A stretch of DNA of 64,000 nucleotides, from assembly GCA_038087875.1 (NCBI GenBank), contig JAXLNO010000385.1:806001-870000 (forward strand). The letters are read 5' to 3'. The translations under genes and the position numbers were made by a program. Below the pieces are notes generated by a model. The model was not told where the DNA came from. It made no database searches and worked only from the letters and a program-made list of their open reading frames with translations. Of this stretch, positions 15,701 through 28,429 are shown piece after piece (the first letter of the stretch is position 1; each line of letters opens with the position of its first letter). The stretch comes from Malacoraja senta (lineage: Eukaryota).

Positions 15701-18700
15701 GAACTCGAACTCCAACTCGAACTCGAACTCCAACTTGAACTCGAAGTCTATCTCGAACTCTCTCTCTCTAACTAAAACTCGAACTCGTACTCTATCTCGA
15801 ACTCGAGCTATCTCGAACTCGATTTCGAAATATCTCGAAATCTCTCTCGAACTTGAACTCTATCTCGAAGTCTATCTCGAACTATCTCAAACGCGAACTC
15901 GATCTCAAACTAGATCTCGATCTCGAACTCGAACTTTATCTTGAATTCGATCTCAAAATTTATCTTGAACTCGAACTCTATCTCTAGCTAAAACTGGAAT
16001 TCGAATTTGAACTATCCCGACCTCGAACTTTATCTCGAACTCGAAATCTATCTCGAACTCGAACTCGAAATCTATCTCGAACTCGAACTCGAATTCGAAC
16101 TCGAACTCGAATTCGATCTCGAACTCGTTGGATTTCGACTTACGGGCGGAGCACCAAGGCAAATTTCTTGTTTTTGAATACTTGGCCAATAAACGAATTC
16201 AGTCATTCATTCATTCATTCCTTCAACTCGAACTCTCTCTCGAACTAAAACTCGAACTCGTAATCTATCTCGAACTCGAACTCATATCTCGAACTCGAAC
16301 TCTATCTCGAACTCTATCTCGAACTATCTCGAACGCGAACTCGATCGCGAACTCAAACTCGAACTCTATCTTGAACCCGAACTCTATCTGGAACTTGCTC
16401 TCGAACTCGAACTCGATCTCGATCTCAACTCGATCTCGAACTATCTCGAACTCGAACTCTATCTCGAACTCGAACTATCTCGAACTCGAACTCTATCTCG
16501 AACTCGAAATTTATCTCGAAATCTATCTCTCTCTCTCCCTCGATCTCGAACTCGATCTCGATCTCGATCTCTATCTCGATCTCGAACCCTATCTCGAACT
16601 CGAACTATCTCGAACTCGAGTTCGGGTTCGACTTTCGGGCGGAGCACCAAGGCAACAATCTTGGCCAATAAACTTGGTGAATACTTAGTCAATAAATGTA
16701 TACATTCTTTCATTCATTCAACTCGAACTCGAGCTCGAACGAACTCGAACTCGAATTCTATCTCGAACTCTAACTCGAATTCGAACTCGAACTATATATC
16801 TCTCTCTCTCTCTAACTAAAACTCGAACTCGAACTCGTATTCTATCTCGAACTCGAACTATCTCGAACTCGAACTTATCTCGAACTCGAAATATCTCGAA
16901 CTCGCTCTCGAACTTGAACTCTATCTCGAACTCTCTCACGAACTATCTCGAACGCGAACTCGATCTCAAACTCGATCTCGATCTCGAACTTGAACTTTAG
17001 TTTGAACTCGAACTCGAAATCTATCTTGAACTCGAACTATTTCTAGCTAAAATTCGAATTCGAACTTGAACTCTATCTCGAACTATCTCGAACGCGAACT
17101 CGAACTCGAACTCGAACTATCTTGAACTCGAACTAGAACTATCTTGTATTCGAACTCTATATGGAACTCTCTCTCCAACTCGAACTCGATCTCGATCTCT
17201 ATCTCGATCTCGAACTCTATCTCGAACTCAATCTCGAACTTGAACGCTATCTCGAACTGGAAATTTATCTCGAAATCTATCTCTCTCTCTCTCTCGAACT
17301 CGATCTCGATCTCTATCTCAATCTCGAACCCTATCTAGAACTCGAACTATCGCGAACTCGAGTTCCGGTTCGACTTTCGGGCGGAGAACCAAGGCATAAA
17401 TCTTGCCCAATAAACTTGGTGAATACTTAGTCAATAAACTTATACATCCTTTCATTCATTCAACTCGAACTCGATCTCGAACGAACTCGAACTCGAATTC
17501 TATCTCGATATGGAACTCTTATTCTATCTCGAACTCGAACTCGAATTCGAACTCGAACTCGAATTCGAACTCGAACTCTATTTCGATCTCACTCTCTCTA
17601 ACCAAAACTCGAACTCGTACTCTATCTCTAACTCGAACTCTTAGCTCGAACTCGATCTATCTCGAACTCTCTCTCGAACTCGAACTCTATCTCGATCTAT
17701 CTCGAACGCGAACTCGATCTAAAACTCGATCTCAAACTGGAACTCTATCTCGAACTCGAAATCTATCTCGAACTCGAACTCGAATTCGATCTCGAACTCG
17801 AGTTGGATTTCGACTTACGGGCGGAGCACCAAGGCAAATTCCTTGTATGTGAATACTTGGCCAATAAACTTATTCATTCATTCCTTCATCCATTCATTCA
17901 TTCATTCAACTCGAACTCGAACACGAACTCAAACGAATTTGAACTTGAACTCCAACTCGAACATGAACTCGAACCAACTCCAACTCGAACATGAACTCGA
18001 ACTCTAACTCTAATTCCATCACGAACTCTATCTCGAACTCGAACTCTATCTCTATCGACTTGCGGGCGGAGCACCAAGACAAACTCCTTGTATGTGAATA
18101 CATAGCCAATAAACTTATGCATTCATTCATTCATTCATTCATTCATTTACTGTATCTCGAACTCGAAATCACTCTCGAACTCGAACTCTCTCGAACTCGA
18201 TCTCGAACTCTATCTTGAACTCGTACTCGAACTCGAACTCGCACTGTATCTCGTACTCGAACTCTATCTCGAACTCGAACTCGAACGCGAACTCGAACTC
18301 CAACTCCAAATCGAACGAACTCGAAATCTATCTCGAATTTTATCACGAACTCTATATCTATCTCGAACTCTTTCGCGAACTCGAATACGAACTCGAACTC
18401 GAACTCTATCTCGAACTCGAACTATCTAGAACTCGAACGAGAAACTGGAACTCATATACTATCTCGAACTCGAGTTGGAGTTCGACTTACGGGCGGAGCA
18501 CCAAGGCAAATTCGTTGTATGCGAATACTTGGCCAGTAAACTTATTCATTCATTCATTCATTCATTCATTCATTCATTGAACTCTAACTCGAGCTCGAAC
18601 TTGAATGCGAACCCGAACACTATCTCGAACTCGAAGTCTTTCACAAACTTTATGTCGAACTCGAAATCTATCTCGAATTCGAAGTCTATCTCGAACTTTC

Positions 18701-18919
18701 GCTAGAACTCGAACTCTATCTCGAACTCGATCTCGAACTCGAATTCGAATTCGAACTCTAACGCTATTCATTCATTCATTCATTCATTCATTCATTCATT
18801 CATTCATTCATTCATTTAACTCGCTCGAGCTCGAACTTGAAATCTAACTCGAACTATCTCGAACTCGAATTCTATCTCGACCCTCAAATCTATCTCGAAC
18901 TCGAACTCCAATTCCAACT

Positions 18920-20181
18920 TGGATTTATGAAGGGGAAATCATGCTTGATTAATCTACTGGAATTTTTTGAAGATGTAACTAGGAAAATGGACAAGGGAGA
19001 GCCCGTGGATGTAGTGTACCTGGACTTTCAGAAAGCATTTGATAAGGTCCCACATAGGAGATTAGTGGGCAAAATTAGGGCACTTGGTATTGGGCGTAGT
19101 GTTAACATGGATAGAGAAGTGGTTGGCAGACAGGAAACAAAGAATAAGGATTAACGGGTCTCTTTCAGAATGGCAGGCAGTGACTAGTGGGGTGCCGCAA
19201 GGCTCGGTGCTGCGACCTCAGCTATTTATAATATACATCAATGATTTGGATGAAGGGATTCAAAGTAATATCAGCAAATTGGCAGATAATACAAAGCTGG
19301 GGGCAGTGTGAACTGGGAGGAGGATGCTATGAGAATGCAGGGTGACTTGGACAGGTTGGGGAGTGGGCAGATGCATGGCAGATGAAGTTTAATGCGGATA
19401 AATGTGAGGTTATCCACTTTGGTAGCAAAAACAGGAAGGCAGATTTCTATCTAAATGGCGTCAAGTTGGGAAAAGAGGAAGTACAACGGGATCTGGGGGT
19501 CCTTGTACACCAGTATATGAAAGTAAACAAGCAGGTACAGCAGGCAGTGAAGAAAGCGAATGGCATGTTGGCCTTTATAACAAGAGGAATCGAATATAGG
19601 AGCAAAGAGGTCCTTCTGCAGTAGTACAGTGCCCTAGTGAGACCACATCTGGAATATTGTGTGCAGTTTTGGTCCCCTAATTTGAGGAAGGACATTCTTG
19701 TTATTGAGGGAGTGCAGCGTAGGTTTACAAGGTTAATTCCCAGGATGGAGCAGCTGCGCTTGGACACTTTGGAGTTTAGAAGGATGAGAGGGGATCTCAT
19801 TGAGACATATAAGATTGTTAAGGGCTTGGACACACTAGAGGCAGGACACGTGTTCCCGGTGTTGGGGGAGTCCTGAACCAGGGACCACGGTTTAAGAATA
19901 AGGAGTAAGCCATTTAGAACGGAGACGAGACAACGCTTTTTCTCACAGAGAGTGGTGAGTCCGTGGAATTCTCTGCCTCAGAGGGCGGTGGAGGCAGGTT
20001 CTCTGGATGCTTTCAAGAGAGAGCTTGATAGGGATCTTAAAAATAGCGGAGTCAGGGTATTTTGGGAGAAGGCAGGGACGGGGTACTGATTGGGGATAAT
20101 CCGCCATGATCACAGTGAATGGCGGTGCTGGCTCGAAGGGCCAAATGGCCTACACCTGCACCTATTGTCTATTGTCTATTG
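18920..20181 (+). mobile_element. CR1-clade LINE, 5'-truncated; copy 2 of the duplicated insertion
   Basis: [46 protein letters not shown]; (CTATTGT)n tail; same junctions as copies 1 and 3. Confidence 0.93.
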
Positions 20182-23100
20182 AACTCGAACTCTACCTCGA
20201 ACTCTATCACGAATATCTCGAACTCGAACTCGACTTGCGGGCGGAGCATCAAGGCAAATTCCTTGTATGTGAAAAGAGAGTAAAAGAAAAAAAGGAAGAA
20301 AAAGAAAAAAGAAGTAAGGAGATCTTATTTATAATGTTGACCATCCCTCGCCCAGTCACGAGACAGTTAGCTTTTACAATTGTGTTGCACCATATGATTC
20401 CAAAAAGACGTCAAATGGAGACCAACTCGTTATGAATTGGTCAGATTTATCTATTAGGAGGAATCGCATTTCCTCAAGATGTGCGATGTCCAACATACTT
20501 GCAATCCACATTTTGAGCGTTGGTATTGGTGTATTTTTCCAAAATTTAAGTATTAATTTTTTTACTATTATTAAACCATAATTAAAAAATAAATTTTGAG
20601 ATGAATTCAATTTATTCCCATCTTCCATTAACCCAAATATAATCAATCCATTATTAGGTTCCATTTTTATCTTAAATAATTTTGTAAATATTTCGAAAAT
20701 ATCACTCCAGAATCTATAAAGTTTTATGCAGGAAACAAAAGAGTGTGTTATAGTTGCGTATTGGGTCAAACACTTATCGCAAATGGGGGATATATTTGGA
20801 TAGAATTCATTTAATCTTCTTTTTGAATAATATAATCTATGTAAAATTTTAAATTGAATTAGATTATGTCTTCCATTAATCGAACATTTGTGAATGTATA
20901 TCAAATACTTTTCCCATGTAACCTTCGTAATTTTTATCATTAATTCCCGTTCCCACTCTTCTCTAAGTACCTCTGTCGATGGTAGGTCTATATTTAAAAT
21001 ACTATCATATAAATACGATATTAATTTTTGTGCGTCAGCTTTAATATTCATTGCTTCTTCCAATAAATCAGGAGTTATTTTTTGATATCCTTGTATGTAT
21101 TTCTTCGTGAAATCGCAAATCTGAAGATATTTAAAATAATGGTTGTTTTTCAATTTAAATTTTAATTGTAATTGTTGAAATGATAATACATTTCCCATTT
21201 CATACATATCCCCGATCCTTTTAATTCCTAAACTTTCCCATTGATTATATGTTTTGTCAATAAGAGATGGTTTAAATAAAGGATTATTCGCTATTGGTAT
21301 CAACAATGATAAATTTCTTAATTTTAAGGATAATTGTATTTGTTTCCATATTCTTATTGTATCATGTATAATTGGGTACTTCTTATATATTGTATTGTTC
21401 AGTTTTTTCGGGGAGAAGAGGATCGTTCCTATATTACAAGGAAAACAATCCTCTTTCTCCATTTTTATCCATTCTGTCTGTTGGAATAATAATACAGAAA
21501 ATTCTGGAGTGAAAGTCCCCCGACATCTTTTGGTTTAAATACGTTTTTTTTTTTAATTCTATGTGATTTATAATCCCAAATAAAATCAGTAATAATAGAG
21601 TCTAATTTTTTTTAAAGTATTTTGGTATATATACTGGTATAGACTGAAATAGGTATAATAGTTGTGGTACAAAGATCATTTTTATAGCATATATTCTACC
21701 TATTAATGATAAAGGAAGTGTTTTCCAAAATTTAATCAGTATATTTAATAAAGGTATAAAATTTGTTTAATAAAGGTATAAAATTAGCATTGAATAATGC
21801 TTTATATTTTCCAGTAATCTGATTACCCAAATATTAAATTTTTTCTGTTGCTGTTTTAAAGGGGAACTTCAGTAAGTGTGTAGATTCTTGAGGTTTTAAC
21901 GTCATGATTTCACTTTTGTTCCAATTTATTCTATATCCAGAAAAGGACCCAAATTCCTCTATTAAGTTTAATAAATTTTGTATGCTCGTTTGTGATTTTG
22001 TAATATATAAAAGAATATCGTCTGCATATAATGGAATTTTCTTATTTGAGTCCCTAGTATTATAACCCTGAATATTCGGATGACTTCTTATGCTTTCAGC
22101 CAAAGGTTCTATCATAAGGGCGAATAGCAGGGGTGATAACGCCTATTACCCCTTGATAATTGAAATTTTTTAGATAACATATTAATAGTTAATATTCTTG
22201 CCATCGGTTTATCATATAATAATTTTACCCATGTAATAAAATTCTCTCCCATATTAATTTTTTGCAATAATTTGTATAAATACTGCAATTCTACCTGATC
22301 AAATGCTTTCTCTGCATCCAGAGAAATAATTGATATATCTTCTTCCTCCACTTTATCTGAGTACATTATATTAAACAGGCGTCGCAAATTATTAAATGAA
22401 TATCTTTTGGGTATTGATCAGGGTTTATCAATTTAGTAATATATTTGCTTAGTCTTCTTACTAAAGCCTTTGCTAGAATTTTCTGGTCTGTATTTAAAAG
22501 TTATAAAGCTCTATATGAGCCCGGATCCTCTAAATCTTTATATTTTTTTGGAATAAGCGTTATAGTTGATTCTGCTAATCTTTCAGGTAGTTTATTTTCT
22601 TTAAAAGCGTGAGTATATACATTAAATAAATAAGGAGTCGTTATCTCATGATTTTTTAAATATAATTCATTAATAAAACCGTCTGGTCCCGGTGTCTTAC
22701 GATTTGTCAACGATTTTATTGTTTCACCTATTTCTTCGATTGTAATTTAAGCTCCAAGTTCCTCTTGTTCCAAAAGGTCAAGTTTTGGAAGATTACAATT
22801 ATCTAAAAATTTCTTGATTTTACTATCTTCTATTTTAGTTTTTGATGCATATACATTTTGATAAAATTGAGCAAATCTTTTATTAATATATTTAGGTAGT
22901 ATTAGTAATTCACCTTTCTCTGATTTAATTTTATTTATAGTATTTTATTTTTCTTGTTTTTCAGTTGACGAGCTAAAAGCTTATGTGGTTTGTCACCGAA
23001 CTCAAAATGGTCCTGTTTTGTAATTTGGAATAATCTTATTACTCTTGCCGATAGAATTCGATTAAGTTTAAATTTCAGTAATATTATCTTATTATGTTTA

Positions 23101-23307
23101 TCTATAGTGGAGTCTTTAGCATTATCTAACTCTAACTGTCTAATTTCTTGTTCTAGCAACATTTGTTCTGTCTTATTATTTTTATTTTGAAAATATCGTA
23201 TGAAATTATAATTCCTCTAATAAATGCCTTAAAAGTTTCCCAAAATAAAGAAGGCGAGGTACCTGGCATATCATTTGTATCAAAAAAAAGTTTCATTTGT
23301 TGTTTTA

Positions 23308-23312
<5 letters not shown>

Positions 23313-23362
<50 letters not shown>

Positions 23363-24108
23363 ATATATATATATTGTTTTAAATTTTTTTTTAATTTTTT
23401 TAAATAATTTTTATTTATTAGAAGTACATTACATTACAACCACATACATTAGTACTCGTCATTTATATCTTCTTACAATTAATGTACTCCTTTATTTTTT
23501 ACATTAGAAAAGGAAAAGCTTGAAAGAAAGAAGAAAGTGAAGGAAAAAGTGAAAGTGTAGACAATGTGACAACAAAAAAGGGCGAAGACCCTATAAGAGC
23601 AAAATTAAAAACAAAAGAAAAAGAGTTAAGAAATAGGCCCTAGAAAAGAAAGAGAAAGAGAAAGAGGAAAAAGAGAGACACAAATATTTTTATGAGCATT
23701 ACGTAAATGGGACATACCAACTCTTCAACTATCATCCCCCCTCAATTTTTTTTATTTTTTTTATTTTTTTTTAAGTACTTTTGCACCCTATATTTGTAAT
23801 AATTCTATAAATGCAGACCACGTCAGGTGGAAGTGATCTGGTTTACCTGCTAGGAGGAGTCTTATCTCTTCAAGGTGTAATGTTTCAAACATATTTGAAA
23901 TCCACATATTTATAGTTGGTATTGGAGCCTTCTTCCAAAATTTTAGAATTAGCTTTTTTCCAGTTATTAACCCATAGTCCTTTAGTTTCTTTTGAAACAC
24001 ATTTAGTTCTGGACCATCTTCCGTTATTCCGAAGATAATCCATTCTGCTTTGGGTATCAGTCTTGTTTGAAATAACTTTGTAAAGATTTCAAAAATTTCA
24101 TTCCAAAA
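23313..24108 (-). mobile_element. Nested 5'-truncated L1 3' fragment with 14-bp TSD
   Basis: ORF 23788-24000 matches the L1 ORF2 C-terminus (YGLITGKKLILKFWK); (AT)n tail; GTTGTTTTAAATAT at 23299-23312 and 24109-24122. Confidence 0.9.
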
Positions 24109-24240
24109 GTTGTTTTAAATATTGATAACCTTATATGTCATTTAAAATATGTGTATTAAACCTCCGAACATTTTTTTACCCAGCATTCCCTCGAATTTTA
24201 CTGAAAATGTCAGTGGAGAGTGATCAGAAATACTACTAAT

Positions 24241-24475
24241 GTGGACGCTGGCGCGGTTTTGTTGCCGCTGCTCTCTCCTCAAATTGTGCTTCTGATTTTC
24301 TTTTTTTGTGTTTTTGGAAGGAATTCTGTCCCTGATTTGTGTATTGGTCTTTATAACTTCTTTTTTTAAATTCTGATTATATGTTTCCTATAAATCTCTG
24401 TAAGGTGTCCTTGAGACCTCGGTATAAGGCGCCCATAAATAAAATTCATTATTATTATTATTATTATTATTATTA
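24241..24475 (+). mobile_element. Short non-autonomous retroelement with L2-type 3' tail (5'-truncated copy)
   Basis: GTAAGGTGTCCTTGAG...AAGGCGCCCATAAATAAAA(TTA)n tail; homologous to 28790-29020; interrupts the L1 endonuclease region. Confidence 0.75.
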
Positions 24476-27311
24476 CTTTATTGGATTAATTGTATATGGC
24501 ATTAATTTCATATCCACTAAAAAATAATCAATTCATGAATAAGTTTTATGTACCGAAGAGTAACACGAGTATTCCCTTCCAGTTGGATTAGCAGATCTCC
24601 ATACATCTATTATATTAGTATTTTTTATATATGTATTTAAAAGTTCACTAGTCTTAGATTTTAAATGACTCCTCTTTTGTTTTACTGATTTATCTAGATA
24701 CGGATCTAAAACACAATTGAAGTCCCCTCCTTTTATCACATTCTGATAATTAAACTCTGATATATCTATAATTTTATCAACACATTTGGGGTTGTCAAAG
24801 TACGGAGCGTAAATATTTATCTTAGTTAGTGGGGTTGCATAAATTTCTCCCGAAACTATAATATACCTTCCCTCTTTATCTGATATAGTATTCTTTAATT
24901 TAAAAGGTATACCTTTTCGGATAAGACTAGCTGTACCTCTAGATTTAGAAGTAAATGACGAATAATATGTTTGACCTATCCACTTCGCCTTTAATCTCAT
25001 TTATGTTTGTTGTTTCATGTGAGTTTCCTGTAAAAACATAGTTTTTCATAGATTTTGATAGATTTCAGTTGAGCAAAAATGTTACCCCTCTTAATTGGTT
25101 CATTCGCACCCCATATATTCCAACTACAGAATGTAATTCTTCCATTCTTTATTTGTCTATCGTCTTGCATTATATATCAAAATAGTATTCCTGAATCATA
25201 TGGTGCAACCAAATACCTCAGAGTTCAGGATGTTGGGTGGTCATGCCAAATGTTTAGATTTATATAGCATCTCCTTCTTGTGTAGTGCCTTTGGAAAAGA
25301 AAAGAAAGATGTGATATAAAATTGATTACAAAAAAATTGAGCGAATAAAAGGCTTTATAGTGAAAAAAAGTGCTCTTAAGATCTCAAAGAAAATATATCT
25401 TAAAGACGAATGGCCACCTAAGATGGCGAAAAATGTATAGACTTCCGTTGATGTTGTTATACATTGAGCTCCAACTCCTTAATAGATCCTCATAAAAAGC
25501 TACAGACCGTTACATATTTTATCTTTGCTTATATAAATTTATCAAACCAGCCCCAATAAAAACCGAAAAAAATTAACAAAAAAAATCAAAGGGAGACATA
25601 AAAAAAGAATATAAAACACAACCTAAGTTCAATTTTATAAGTATATATGCCCTTCCAATTTATCTAACCTTAATCTAGTCTAAGCTTTACCATGTATATC
25701 CACCCAGAATTCTTACACATACAAACAGGTACCAAGGGGTTAAGCAAAACCTCACTACAGGATCTCTTCCAGTTATATGCTGCAACTAACTCCTACCCAC
25801 ACAACAACAAAAAAGGTATTAGTAGTGTTATAGACGTTTTAGTGACTTAAATCATAATTATATACACTCCCATTATCTCCTTCCCCGTCTCATGATTTAT
25901 TCATATTTACTACATACATTCACAAATAATTAGTATTGTTAAATTTGTTAAAGTCGTTAATTATTTATAATTGGAGTATAATAATTAAAAATCTTCTTAA
26001 ATCAGCAGATTTTATATCCCATGTTGTTCCATGTCCATTATACATTCCCTCATTAATTCTGTGTCTTCAACGTATTTTGTTTATCTTTAAGCTTTTCATT
26101 CAAGGTGAAATATAGACAGTACTCTCCCAAACACATTTCAGACAGATAAGCTTGCTAACTGCACCATATTAACCAGTCCTAAAAGTTAAACAGATCATTC
26201 TTCATCCACTTCACCAGATGTTTTCTTTACGATATCCTCTGCACATTTAAAAGCTTGTGAACGAGCGTACAGTGCCATTATGAGTAATCTTCATTTTAGC
26301 TGGATAAACAATTCCATATCTCACATCGCGTATCCCTTTCAGAATATTTCTTGTCTGTGTAAACAAGTTCCTTCTCTGGACGACCTCCGGGGGGTAATCC
26401 CGGAAAAATCGAATATTATTCCCACGATATGTCAGATTCTCCCCATGAGTAATTTTTTTCAATACAAATTCACTAAAAGATATCGAGGAATTTCACAATT
26501 ATCTGTCTTGGAGGAGCATTTGCCTCTCTTGAAACACGTCCAACTCTGTGAGCGACATCTATTCTTGGTGCTCCCGGCAGTTCAAAAACATCTTTGAGTA
26601 AGTCAGTAACAAAAGTACATGTTTGAGATCCATGACCCTCTCGTCCTTCTCACTCCAACAATTCTCAAATTCTGCCTTCTCGACCTTGCTTCCAAGTCCA
26701 GACATTTATCCTTCATTTTTACGTTTTTCTTCTTCAGTTTTTTGTGATTTTTTCAAACTCTTTATTTCAGTGAACATTACTTTCATTTCATTCTCCATCT
26801 CTTCCATTAACTCCTCCAGCTTTTCCCATATTATCCTTAACATCAGTTAATTTCTTATTATAGTCAGTTGCGAGTCTAGCACATTCTAATTTTTTATCAG
26901 TCTCCTTATGTTGTTTATTCAGCTCCTTTAACTCACCGTAAGCTGTATAATTTATTGAGAAATTCTCTCCATATTAGTATTGATACTCTGCTTATTACTC
27001 TCCGTATTAGACTCCATACACTGGATCTTTTCCAGTGTAGCATTGATTTTAGCAGACATTTCTAAAAGCATTTGCTTTACCTCCTTCTCCTTCTTGCCTC
27101 CTTTTGCAGCCATTTCAAGCAGAGATCCTTGGCTGTCGAATTCTTCTTCTTCTGAGCCTTGTGAGCCTTCTTCTGTCTTGCAGAGTATCCAAGACGTTCT
27201 CGAGTTGGAGACTTATGGTGTTCTTCTTGGGTGCTCGTGAGCCTTTTTCTCTTCCCATTTAAAATTCCCGATTTTTAGCGTTAAACTCCCGTTTTTCGCG
27301 TCGCCTTCTGA

Positions 27312-27319
27312 TGACGTCA
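27312..27319. promoter_or_regulatory. CRE/ATF palindrome TGACGTCA in L1 5' UTR (putative internal promoter element)
   Basis: Perfect CRE about 55 nt upstream of the ORF1 ATG; a similar position in the L1 at 60061. Confidence 0.45.
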
Positions 27320-27390
27320 CCCTTACGCAACGCCAAGCAGCTCCGGTGAGTTTTTTAAAATCGGTACTGATTTAGAAAACAGCTTTTCAC

Positions 27391-27393
27391 TCT

Positions 27394-27486
<93 letters not shown>

Positions 27487-27487
27487 C

Positions 27488-27566
<79 letters not shown>

Positions 27567-27600
27567 CCTCTCTCTCTCTCTCTCACCCCTCTACGTCTCT
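27391..27600. repeat. (CT)n microsatellite
   Basis: Direct reading. Confidence 0.97.
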
Positions 27601-27719
27601 CTCTTTCTCATCTCCCCTCCCCTTCGCTCCTTCTCCTCGTCACTCACGCTCCCCGTCTCGGCCACAACTGGAGGGAGGGAGTGTCTGACACCCCCGTCTC
27701 ACCCCCCTCCCCCGTCTGG

Positions 27720-27814
27720 AGGTGTACACGTACGAAGAGGACGAGATGGTATTGGATCCCGGAATGGCCGAGCACCTTTCTCACTTTGACATCGACATGA
27801 TGAACATACAGAAG
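27720..27814 (+). pseudogene. USP5: Isolated exon homologous to ubiquitin-specific peptidase 5 (isopeptidase T), end of ZnF-UBP region
   Basis: Reads VYTYEEDEMVLDPGMAEHLSHFDIDMMNIQK followed by a GT donor, versus the recalled vertebrate USP5 sequence VYSYDEDDMVLDPSLAEHLSHFGIDMLKMQK; preceded by a pyrimidine tract, but the expected acceptor reads TGG; no other USP5 exons recognised in the window. Confidence 0.75.
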
Positions 27815-28149
27815 GTGTGTGATGGGGTGGGAAATGAGTGATGGGGCTGCATGTGGGAGGGGTCACCGACTGTGGGGAGGGGCTCGGGGGCAGAGGGAGA
27901 GAGACGGGGAGCGACCTGTCCTATCCCTGTACCAAACCTGTCCTATCCCTGTATCTGTCCAAACGTTGTGATAATCCCTTCCCCAAATACATCTTCCGGT
28001 AGCTGATCCATACAACCCACCACCCTCTGTGTGGAAATGTAGGAACGCTCCGGTCCCTATTAAATATTCCCCCTTCCCCTTCAATCTATATCGGCTGGAT
28101 AGGAGAGAGAGAGGAGGGGGAGAGTTGGAAGCACCGTGCCGGCCCGAGG

Positions 28150-28245
28150 CAGGTCGCGGGGAGAAAGTGCAAACTCTGTACAGATCCCGCCCGTGATCAG
28201 GATCGAACTGGGGTCTCTGGCCCTTGAGGCAGCAAATCTACCACT
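28150..28245 (-). mobile_element. tRNA-derived SINE head fragment (HE1-like)
   Basis: Reverse complement AGTGGTAGATTTGCTGCCTCAAGGGCCAGAGACCCCAGTTCGATCCTGA...GAGTTTGCACTTTCTCCCCG with a box-B-like GTTCGATCC. Confidence 0.7.
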
Positions 28246-28429
28246 TGGATTTAAGGGAGGGCACCTGTAAATGCGGGAATAAGGGGAGGGCACCTGTAAA
28301 TATACCTTTAAACATGTCCTATCCATGTACCTGTCTAAATGTCTGGCCAAATGACAAACGTTTCATTGAGGTCCGCCCTCGTTCTTCCAAACTCCAGTGG
28401 GTACAAGCCCAGTACCGACAAACGGTCAT

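Larger units (their letters stand above)
20274..27390 (-). mobile_element. L1-clade LINE (fish-type), near full length but degenerate; 3' tail missing; two nested insertions
   Basis: 5' UTR about 27390-27259; ORF1 remnants about 27258-26195 (FFRDYPPEVVQRR, YPAKMKIT); ORF2 about 25170-20374 with EN (KSRGTASLI, GGDFNCVLD, SDHSP), RT (LDAEKAFDQV, LYADD) and C-terminal CDKC-H-C. Confidence 0.92.
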
